Below are positions 45,701 to 57,700 of a DNA stretch of 64,000 bases, piece by piece; the stretch's first letter is position 1, and each line of letters starts with the position of its first letter. Under the pieces are notes generated by a model. That model saw only the letters and a list, made by a program, of their open reading frames with translations. It searched no databases and had not been told where the DNA came from. A program made the translations under genes and the position numbers. The stretch comes from Ascidiella aspersa (lineage: Eukaryota), in assembly GCA_963924565.1 (NCBI GenBank), contig OZ004615.1, positions 5,890,001 to 5,954,000 on the forward strand, in the 5' to 3' direction.

Positions 45701-48700
45701 GAACTGACAAAACGAATCCGTTGCACATGCGCTTTCGGATGTACACGTAGAAAGTTGCCGATATGTAAACTGGCGCTACCTGGCGTAGTAATGTTAATCA
45801 AAAAACGGCTCCTCTGGTAGTTGTAATTCTTTACCAACGTTTCGGCAACCTATTTAAGGCGCCTTTGTCAGAGTGAATGACATCGAGCGCTTACATGAAA
45901 AACACACAAAGGTAAAAAAATAAAGTTGCCAATGTATAAACTGTTGCTACCAGGCGTGGTAATATTAAAAAGCAAACCAAAATTTCATACATTAAATCGC
46001 AAATTTTGTACATCAAAATCTATTTTTCCTATATAGGTCATTGAACTGAATTGACCACATAAATTGCTTGATGCGCAAACTGTTATAGTTCGGAAAAAGC
46101 CGGTGCATGTTAAATAATAAACTCCAACATAAGATGTTATTCCGACATCACTATCCGCCGTACCCGGTTTAGTTGACAGGGAGATTTTACAGACTCCTTT
46201 AACAGCGAAATCGAATTAAACCAATAGCGAATGCATAAGAGCCTCCAGATATGATCGTTGATCCTTATAAGGTCGCCGGTGTACACGTGTCGTGCTGTAC
46301 AACAGCGTCGGTGCAAAGCAGTTGAATGGTTAGCACCCGGGGGACTTTGCTGGCAAGCGCTATTAGAGCTGGACGTGAACGCCAATCAGTGGCCCGCTAG
46401 TTGGTCACGTGCCAGTAGAAGGGTCTCGTTTTAGTCTTTGCGTAATGCGAGGTTCACCGGGTTGCCTGGCACTTATACGTAGAGTATTATAGAGCTAAGT
46501 GAATTGTAAGCGCCATGCGTAAGCGGCTGAATTGGAATCCTGTGTCGCTATGTATTATGGTGTCGTGTCTTACACGCGCGCCAATTAGAAGGCGAGCAGA
46601 TGGCCTCTGCAAATGCAAATATTGGGCGAATGAGGTCACGTTCCCGCTTTAAAGGAAGGACTGGAACCATCATGGGTTTGATCTAGTTTTTCGCAATTTG
46701 CGACCGCTTCTTCCAGAAACAGAAATTACACATTAATAGAAGGAAACGGGCTTTATTGTTTGTTAAGTTACTACCGGGTTTCGTAAAGTTGGTAGAAGAT
46801 ATTTTAAACTTGGTTTTACAAAAATCATCAAATTTCAGGTTATGAAAATTTGACATCGGATTTTGGGTTTGTATCTCGTTTGTAAATTTGGTATCAAATT
46901 TGGCAAAAATAACAGTGAATTTCGAAAAGTGTTTAGGTTTCGGATCTTTTAAAGTTGGAAACTGGTTTTGTAGAGTTGATATCGAATTTCGTACAGTTAT
47001 ATTTAACTCTTTTTGTAGATGACAAATTGGCAGCTAAAACATTCACTCATATTTAAGTGATTGATGCTTTAGCTGGCACACATTTCTAGATTTCCATGAC
47101 CAAAATGGTACCAAAAGTGCTCTTTTACCCCTCCCTTTCAACACACACCAACCGTATTAAAAACGTATAGTATACTCACGGCGGCCGATTGCAGAGTCGA
47201 GTCCTGTACATGACCCCTGTCCCGCAAGTCCTGGAACAGTCCCCGTAGGTGGACCAGGGACCCCAGTTGCCATCCACCGACTGACGGGTGTCCCTTCGCA
47301 GGCAGTGACCCTTGAAGCACCACTAAAATAACAGATTTGGTCAGTGTTGTAAACAAGTCATTTTGAAATGACTAAAGTCCAAGTCAAGTCATTTGTAAAA
47401 CAAGTTAAGTCCAAGTCAAGTCTTTTTGCATAAATAACAAGTTAAGTCCCTGTTTTGTGGTCAGTGTTGTAAACAAGTCTTTTTCAAATGACTTAAGTCA
47501 AGTCAGGTCATTTGTCCAAAAGACTTAAGTCAAGTCAAAACATTTGAAAACAGTGACTTAAGTGAGTTACTTAAGTCATTACAACACTACATTGGGCCTA
47601 GGGTTATCTTTTTAGCCTAATTGTGATCCAGCTTTTTAGGGAGATCCTTACCGCTTTTTGCGTATCTTATAATAAACAAAAATAACAATTTAACAAAAAA
47701 AGCGAATCTTTTTGGAATTTAGAATCATGAGCAGCAGGAAATATTCCCCTTAAGCGTAAAAAATATTACTTTTAAACAAACGTCTTATCCTGTACGTACA
47801 ATACAAGTGTTTAAACGTTTCGGTATTCTTTATGCTGTAAAACACAAACGCACACAAAAAGTAAACTAGAAGCCCACGAAAAGTTTAGCCGTGGTAATTT
47901 AAATGCAAATAGCGTGTATGTTTGGTTATTTTTACATAAGCTTGATATGTTTTCCTTCTTGGACAAAAAAATGACACATAACACCCCTTAAATTAAGAAT
48001 ATTGCTTAACCAACCATGTTATCGCCGCACGCTGTCCCGTCGGCCGGAGGGCCGGACTTGGTCAGGCAGAACATCGGATTGTCCACGTGGCTGCACCAGA
48101 GAGTCTTGCACTTGTCCAGGTTGGAGAACTGCTCTTGGAGAGAAACAACCATTCTTTAAAAGCGGAAGTAAGAACTGTTTTTTGCCAGGAATGTGTAAAA
48201 TAATGTCGGGTGCAAATTTGCGGGACAAAAGTTTGCGCCAAATGTTATCTTTATGGCTCTGCGACTCTCACTATGTATAAGGTTGTGGTCTAATTAGAAC
48301 GGAATTTATCCCTTCCCCCTCATGCTAATGTATACCACGCTAGAGTTTCATCCAAATATTTGAATTAGTTATTCTAACTTTTATTGTGAAACGAATCTTA
48401 AGAGACGTACAATATTTTTCGCAATCGGTAATTAGTTAACACTCCAGCGTACCGCAGGCCTTTAAAAGTTCCTAGAGAAATTACCGGTCGTCGCACGCTA
48501 CAACTTTTCAAATTCGTTTTCATAAGACCTAATTTGAGAAATTAACCGTAAGACCACAGAGTTGTATCGGTAAATGCAGGGAGGGGCAAGGCTTGCTGGT
48601 TAACCCGAGTCTCTGCAATTATAAATTAATTGTGGGGCCGACCGCTATATGTTCTCCCTCTTTTCTTGCTCTCTCTCTCTATCTATCTTTTCCGTTGTTG

Positions 48701-51700
48701 TCGTTCTCTCTTTTTTTCTCTCGCTACACTTCTTTCTCTTTTCTTTCTCTCTTTTCTCTAAACTTCTTTCTCTGTTTCTGTCTCTCTTGCGTTCGGTTCT
48801 TTTTTGCTTCACTCCCTTATATATAAAAAAAAAGTTTGCTATAAAAAACCAATGTGAACAAATTAAAAAAAATATGAGGGTGTTTGACATCGTTATGAAT
48901 TCATTTATTTCAGTTAATAGCGACAGGCGCTAATCATTACAATCAACAGAGTTGCCAAACCAATAAGGCAAATCAAAAATACTGAAAATAGAAAAACTTT
49001 TTTTTTTCTTTTTACTAAAAACTTTCAAGGTTTAAAACGGGTCAAAGCTTTTCTTAGCAAAGTCAAAGAAATGCCGCGTGCACGTTTTGTAAAGAATTCG
49101 GACGAGCAAATTAAAATGAACCTGAACCTAAATAACTGCTGGGTGCGAAATGCCTGAAACGCATCGTCGGGTTAGAGTTTCAATTTTTCGGCGATGCCTT
49201 GCTTTTGACTCAGGCTGCCCCACCGACTTGGATAAACACCGGTCAAGGTTTGTCACCCCTCTAAGTGCCCCCTAAGTTATGACTCCGGACCCCGCCCCGA
49301 AACGTGATGGGACACATAACAATCCGGACCCCCGAAAATTGGCCCCAACGGAAACCACCAAATAAATGTCCCTTGGGCGAGCTGCTAGTTTGGGTTAGAG
49401 TTTGATGTCCCACAAATAAGCCCACTCTAAACGAGGGATACTCTTGCGAATTTTTCGCGTGTCTGGGTCGTTAGCAATATAAGCAAGCTCAGAGCCCATC
49501 CTTTCGGCGGAATCCGCCGTTAAAACCCTACACCGGCTCGAAACCACTCAACGTTACAAAAGCGTATCGATTCCGACCAGGCAATATGGTCCCTAAACTG
49601 CCGGTTGGCCAACTATGCCTAATTAAAACTTGCAAGCAGAAACGTGTCAATCAGTGTTGATTTTACGTTTTTTCCGCTGTTCTGTAGACGCCGTTTTTAC
49701 GGAAGGCAGGAATGCTTTTCACTGATTAAACTTACAACGAACGTTGCGACAAATATCGGTTAACGGAATAAATCATCTTGATCATTTACTCGCGAAAGAT
49801 TATCTTCGTCACTCTTTGGACGAATCGCCGGAAATTAAGCAAGTTAGAAATTTACAAAGACGCGCATTATTTAAGTTCGGAACAAGACTTTTTACTTGTT
49901 AGATGTTTTGTAAATCGCGTCTTCTTGATATAGCTGATCGCGATAATTATTTACAAGTTATCGGGCATTGTTAAATGTAATGCTCTACTAATGCCTTGCA
50001 TACATAAAAGTGAACAGGGGCTAGGGGATATGTGTTAACATTTAAACAAAATTAGCGGTCAAACATTTCGACAAAAGCTTAGTGAAATAGTGCCACCCGG
50101 TCAGATAAGTATGAAATAAGCCAATAAAAGGTTGCAAACAGCATGATGCTCTAGCAAAGATGCCAATTCAGGTCGGACACCATTAAAATATCTTAAAAGA
50201 TATATTTATATATATCGCAAGCAAAGGCACTGTCAGTATATCTTAATTCGATCATTCCATATATTTTAATAGTATCTGATCTAGACTATTCCACTTATAC
50301 TGATTAGGAATTATAGTCGACATTTATCTTGCAAGGGTCAAGGCGATTTCCAATATCACATATTTACTGCAAGCATGAAAATGTTTCTAAACGACAAAAA
50401 GACCATCCCCAAACTACAGTAACTACCAAACAACGATATAAAGGGTGTTTTTCACAAGCTTATAAACGAATCACACTACTTAACGAAGGAAAGTTTAAGG
50501 GCGGAAAAAGTCATGTACTCACAGCAGGACAAAGCCGGTGCCCCTGACCGAAGTTGAAACGGCATTGGTCGTCCACCGAGTAGGTGACTCCTGGGTAAAT
50601 TGGGGTTGGGCCCCAGTTCTTGGTGTGGGGGTCGTCAATCAAGCAATCGAACCGTCTGCGTAAAAGCAATCGTTATGCTTTTAAGTCGGTTCAGGGGGTG
50701 GTTACAGAACTATATAAAAGATATAGTATATTTGTTTAAGTGTTAATACACTTTTTACTGATAGTCAGCAAGTAAATGGTGATTTGAACGTAATTTACAA
50801 ATAGTAAAAAACACACAAGTCTATACAACGTTTACTTTCGGGTTTGAAAACAATACTTGTAAATGAAAAATGTTCGACAGTTTAAAAATCCAAGCTTTTT
50901 AAGTTTTACGCGACAATATTTTGCAGCAAACTGCATTGCCATTTCGAAGAACCGGTGCAGTAGATGCGGAATTCGAAACCATTTCAACCTCTTCTGTTGT
51001 CTTGTAACGTTTAAAAAGCCCAAAGGGCGAGTAGCAAAAACGATACTTTTCGAACTCCCTCGTTAAGAGGTTCTAATTAGCGCCAGGCACGTTGGAAAAG
51101 CCGCTCATTACAGAGAGAACGTTTTACACGCAAAAGCAACAATTCCTCGGAAATCAGCGGCGGCATCTCGAAAAAAAAAAACGAAATCTGGCACGAAAAC
51201 AGCCGGGACGATAATGAAGCGGCAACAAACAACTGGGTATTCTCGGCTCGTTACCTAAAAATAAGCGCGGAGATTGCGGATAGCCGGGCCCCGCTGTCAC
51301 CGCGCGCTTGACTGTAAACGCTGCCTTCATTAGCCGCCTAACCCGCAAGGAGGGGTTGTTGTATGTTGCCCGACTCGAGCACAAAGCATGCGAGTGTATG
51401 TTGCATTGGAAGAAAGTGAACGCCCCGCTTGTAATGGGCTGGTGAGGTCACGGGCAAAGCAAATGGCTACAAACAGCGCCTGGGAACGCGAGTTTGGGGT
51501 AGTGAGAAAGGCGCTGTGTGTGTGCAGTGCAGACGCGCCCCGGAGAAAACATGTTTTCGACCTATGCTGGGGTCGCGAAGTAATTTTTCGTTTAAATAAC
51601 TGAGCGCCTTTGAAGTCGCTTTATGATAACCATGCGCGCATGTGGAGTGACATCACAGCAAAGAGTTTGCGGTGCGAAATGTTCTTCACACAAGAAGTAT

Positions 51701-54700
51701 TCGCGGTTTACCGGCTTTCTAATCTGTTTGCTGTATGTCAGCCGAGGGTGTGCCCCAGATTACAATCCATTAGGGTTTGCTTGAAGTCTGTAAATTGCAA
51801 AAGTGCGGCGACTGTGAACGCAGCGTAATTTTTTTAGCTATACTAAGTACTTTATATATATATATATATATATGCCTCAAGCAAGTTTGCAAAAACCGTT
51901 GACACTGAACCACAACCTGAAAAAATGACGCAGTCGGGTGCTTAATTTGTGTTTTATATGACCTATGCTGATAACTTTTTTAGGCGACGGTAAAAATGGT
52001 TATCAGCACGCGACGAATAAAGGATAAATTACTATTTCAAACTAATTTCCTGTTCATAATGCCACAGACAGTGTAGAGACGAGGGATTTCCTGGTGGCTT
52101 TGTGGTTAATCGTGAAGGATTTGTCTTAGAGGTTATAAAAGCGCTTAGCTTAAACTTATGAGATTAGTTCACCCTCAGGATTGTGCGGGTCAAGGGTATA
52201 TTACTACATTCCTCGCGTTGCATCGTAAGTCATAGCTAAAATACTTTACTTGGTTTAGCGTCGCAACGACACCCTATAGCACCGTACGATTTCCGAAACT
52301 ACCACTCTGCTTTGTGTAGCGGCTCCGATAGAACAACATCGGACATCTAATTCTCGTAAAACAGTCTTTGTACAACGCACAAAAGAGTCCGAAGAAACGT
52401 CTGCCTGGACTATGGTGTACCGCATAATCTAGTTCGCGGTTTTGCCAGAAGCATGTCAATACAGTAGCAGATTAACTGACGTCCAATTGCCAATGTATGC
52501 ACTTACCCGATGTTGCTGATGATCTCCTGTTGGCTGCACCTCGACCAGTGGTAGCGGTGGAAGGCGGCCTGGACTATGGGCGCCATGATTGATCCCATCA
52601 CAGTCTCGTCAATGCATCGGTTCCCCTCACCGTCGTGCTCCATTCCTAAGCTGGCCGCGCAAATGAAAAGAAAGTGAGTTCTATATATAGTCGCTGGAAA
52701 CGTAGCCGCTGTTGGGTACACACAAAATGACTCGTATTCAAGTAGAGTGGTACACAAAATAACTCGCGACTCATGATTGTAAAATTGCTCAGCCCTGGCT
52801 ATAAAATTGCTCAGCTTAAAGTCATTTGGTGACATGAGTAAAAACGTGTGTCACAACTGACTCGAGGCAAAATTTCAAAAATATTCCACGTTTTACTGTG
52901 TCAACTTGAGACACTTTAATCACTTCGAAGTTTAAAGGCATTCACTTCAAAGTCTGGTTTGTAAATAGTAATAGGATCGTGATTGCCCAATGCACGGGAA
53001 TGTTTAATATCAAATAAATACGTAAACATTTTAAAACAAAGGTCCTACATAGTAAAGAAATACAATTTTAGTGCAGGCCATTGGCTATACAAAATGCCTC
53101 ACAAAATGACCCGTATTTACGTCGAGTGGTTCACCAAATAACCCGCGACCTATGCGTACTAGCAGTTCTTCCATCCCAGGTTATAAAATTGCTTAGCCCT
53201 AAAAAAAAAAATGATTTTTACAAATGACTGGAGTCAAAATTATTCCACGTCTTTATGTCTCAAAGACTCAACTTAAATTAAGTCTAAGTCTACAGGAATT
53301 CTATTTGAAATTTGGTTTGTAAATATCAATGGGCTTGTGATTGCCAAATAATTACGTAAACAGTTTAAAACAAACGTCCTACGTGTATAGTTCCCATATA
53401 GCAATACAATTTTAGTGCGGTAGGCCTAATCGCTTTTACTTCGTAACGGCATGATAAATATAAGTAATTAGAATGACTCATTTGAATAAGAGAGATTAAA
53501 GTGTGATTCGAACAAAATAAATTACAAGGCATTTAATGGAAACTGAAATTTGAGCTTTGGATTTGTCTTCATTAGGCGTTTTTTTTTTCTTAAGAGCTAC
53601 CTCATGTCAAACTGCTGGAAATATGTAGAGCCGATTCGGTTTTTATACTTCGAAAAGTGGCTTAGGGTTGTCATCGCATAAGGTTCGTGCAACTCAAACC
53701 TACTGGATTTTCAAGCCATGACCTCGCGGCAGCAGTTCAGCTTATTGGAAAAAACTCGCCTACGTCGCCGAAGTAAAAAAAACGGGGTCGCTTTCGATAA
53801 CAAATGAGGTTAACGCCACTGTCCATCATCGCCCGGTGTGCGCGCGCAAGCCTGAATTCACATCAAACGCCCCTCTCAAACTAGGGCAAATACTTGGGGG
53901 TAGATTAGCTTTTCTGCATTTTCCCACACCTTGGGCAGCCAGTCTATTTTTACGAGCTTTGGTCGCATTGCATAGAACAGGACCTATACAGGTTTGAAAG
54001 TAACGGCGGCTGCCTGAAGGTTATCATGTAAACAGGCAAATTACTGCATCACACGACTAAAATGCTTTGCACACAGATTCGACAAAATTGAAATGCAGTA
54101 GTATGTTGTGCAATTATCGTGGCCTGTTCGTGCAATTTAGTTAAAACTAAAGTATTCCCAACAGAGCGTTATCCAGGTGGTGGCATTAACGATCCAACGC
54201 AACTAAGGAATACCTTTTCACGCAATCGTTTGGGCGAAACGGCCTTTTAGCAAACCCGTCGAGTGGGTCAAACGCGAGCGCTTCGAATTACTCCCAGCGC
54301 TATAAGGAAAGGATTAAAAACGTCCGCGAAAGAACTGGAAAGATGCAGAATCTGGCATAAGAAAAGGCAGGAGAATCGAACCCGGGCGGCAATTTATCAG
54401 CCCCCGCTGTCAAAGCGTTTCAAACAGAAGCGTGTTGAGTTCTGAGATGAAGAATTAGTGCTAAGGGCAACGCCCGGACCCTCTAAATACCGAAGCCGCG
54501 TCGAGATAAGATCTCCACATACACCGGCCAAATCCACGATCGAGTTCTCAGCGCTCGGGGTCAGAGTTCGAGCGGCCGGACATTTTGTTTTCACAAGTCG
54601 GATTTGCTCGGCAACTCGATACACTTTCGGCAATTCGGCTTTGCGCTCATCGGACGGGCGGCAATGCGTATACACTTGTTTTCTTAATTTTTCGGCGGGT

Positions 54701-57700
54701 TTAGTGTACTTAAATTCTTGAAGGTTGGTAGAATTAGTGGGAACACTTTGCGCGAATCTGTAACGTAGCTTTAAAATGAATTGCAAAGACAAAAAGGTCG
54801 GGTAGATCGACATCATCTTGATTAAGACGTTTCTAAAGATGATACAAGTTCGTATCGAAACGCCTTAATCAGGATGATGTCGATTTGATCGACCTTTTTG
54901 GCTTTGAAATTTACTATCTGGCAAGATTCAGTTGAGGAAAAAAGAAAAATAACAAAGTTGCAATTGTAAAATCGAATTCGTTACAGATTTTTAGTGTCAA
55001 ACTAAGTGTTGGAACAACCTAAGTGTTGGAGAACGGGAGGACATCTTCTATATAATCAAGTTTCGGGTAAATAGTTAAGTTCGGGTAAATCACTATTGTA
55101 TACTTACACGTGTCCCAGCTCGTGCGCCACAACGAAGGAGGTCGAGAATCCATCCTCGAAGTTCAGCGAGCAGCTGCGCAGTCGATCGCACATCCCCGAC
55201 ACGTGGGCGAAGCCTGCGCCAATCACAAGGCAAGGTTAAGTCACGTGACTACGCAAAACAGGCAACAGTTAATAGGGGTTGCTTGAATGTAGATTTCAGT
55301 CTCTGGCTTCAAAAAATGTGATAAAACATCTTTCAAATATAGACTGGCAATATATTTCTACTGTTATGATTAGTCACTATTAAAAAGGAAAAAAAGCAAC
55401 GTTGTAACGACCTAAGTGAATGAGTGGTAAAGTACATTTAGACTTAACTTGACCAATGTCTTCAGAGGAAAATGACCTGACTTGAAATAAGTTAGTAAAG
55501 CAATTGAATGGATTTCGTATCACGTCTGGTATAGTCAAACTATTGCTCAGAAAGGGACGAGTTTACAAATTTTAAATGTTAAACATTTATTCTGCTTTTA
55601 ATCGCTTCGTATGACACCTAAAATATTTTACAACGAATTGACTGGCATTCAAGTCATTACTGATTGTGTTATTACAACACTGGAAAAACATGTTGCGCTA
55701 TATTTCAATAAAAAGCCAAATAAGACTAAATCGGCGCGCGTTAAACCTAATCAAAAAGTGTATGAAAATGGAATGCTGTGATAAAGTCATGCCTGTAAAG
55801 CACAACGGTTTGCAGCCTCTCCAAAACACTCGTGCGCATTCCGGATGTTTTTCAGCGTTCCGCATCCTGAGCGATTCGGCATTTCCCAGCCCGGGGCCGC
55901 CACAATTACTGCCAAAAAAACTAAAAAAACACCAAAAATCAGGGCGGGCCCATAATCGCGTCCATATATCTGCGAAATCGGGCGTCGACACGCGATAGAG
56001 ATTTTTTGTGCAGATGGCGATTTCGTCGTTGACTTATCGAGATTTACGGCGTTTATGGCCGTGATCCTATCGCGGCAAAACGCGGACAAGTTATGACCCA
56101 ACAAGGCATTGGAATTGGGCGCGGCGTCTTGATTGCCGCGGACATTCGACGAGCAAAAATGTTCTACCAGCAGAAGCGGGCCAATTAAATTGCGCAAGGT
56201 CGCGATGGCATCGTAGCAGCGGCGATAAGGATCGGACGCGTTACAGCGATAATCGCCACAGCTATAGGGCGTCGAGGAATGTCAATAGGTCGCCGTGAAA
56301 TGCGACTGGAAACATCCGAACGGAAGACACGGGTCTCCCAAAGAACGATTCCCATCTCCACGAATTTCGCGTCATTGTAACACACTCACCATTTACGAGT
56401 GATGCGGTTTCGAGCTTTGGATTGCGACTACTTTTGTGCGTTTACCACTTGCAGAAGTTTTTATTTCTGAACGCCTTTTTATGCTTTGTGTATTGGTAGA
56501 AAAACACAACTAAACTCGCTTTACCCGTTGTACATATTACATCGCTCTCTCGCTGTGAAAGAATGTAATGATAAATTTTATGTTTTTTTATTTGTGATAA
56601 AACGCTGGATGTTTATAGAAGACAGTTAGATTTTACCCTAAGGGTTCGGATAATCGTTATACTTTTTTTTCTAAATTTGGAATCGTTAACCACTTTTTGT
56701 GTAAGACTTGATTCATTACCTTTAAAAGGGCAATCGTGGTTTTCCAGCAATCGTACAGAGAAAGGTTCAATAATTTTAAAAACAAATCTAAAACTCTCCA
56801 GTTTTATCATTAACAGTAAAATGCTTGCGCGTTATTAATACAGGTGTCCTTTCTTTAAATAGTACTTTGGTTCTAAAATGGGTTATTTGTGCTCGCCACT
56901 CGATGATCAGATTGTTCAGATAATATGAATCAGCAAAAAAACTACAGGGGTCTGGGTTATCAAATCGGCAGCTGGGTCAAAGCGAAAGTCAATCTGTGAA
57001 GAAGCCAGGATGTGTACACTTCAGCTATTATTAGGCCTGCATATCAGGTGGAAAACATCTTGAGATATCGTCAAATAAACATTTAATATTTGATTTAACC
57101 CGTCTGTGTGTTGAGTTACTCCCCCCAAAGCGGAATATGACTACTTAATCTTATTTTTGACAAGCTTATGTTATGTTCGCCTGATTTCCTTGCCGGCGAC
57201 AAAAAAGCCGCGGTAATTTTCCCGGCTGATACATATACGATAAACTCGCCGCCATGTTTTTTGAATCAGTTTATCAATGGAAAAATGTCGCTCCAACCCA
57301 AACCATCTGTTTTACTTGAAATTATCTTTCGATTCTCAAAATCACATCACAAAAGACACAAAAAAGAGTCCTCAATTTTTCATACCGCACGAAAGCCATG
57401 GCCATACGTCCAATGTAATGTAATAAACTTTTTTTCATGTTGTGCTTTTCCAACCAATCTTTTCTGTCTTTTTTCAGGCCTAGGCCGGCTTACGTGGCCA
57501 CCTTAAAAGCAAGCCCCATCCCTGTTTCTCCCTCTTTGTGTCATTTCAGTCTCCAGAGTTGTGTGAAAACTGGAGAAAAACCAGGCGGCTTTGAAGTGGC
57601 CAGATGTGAACATAACATGTCCTGTTGTGACGAGTGGCGCAAGTTTTTTCCCCGGAAAAATGCGATTCCGCAGAAATCGTAAAGCCGTCATGTCGAACAG

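Noticed and set aside
48593-48933. Hydrophobic F/L/S-rich ORFs resembling membrane proteins
   Set aside because: Artefact of the CT-rich low-complexity tract
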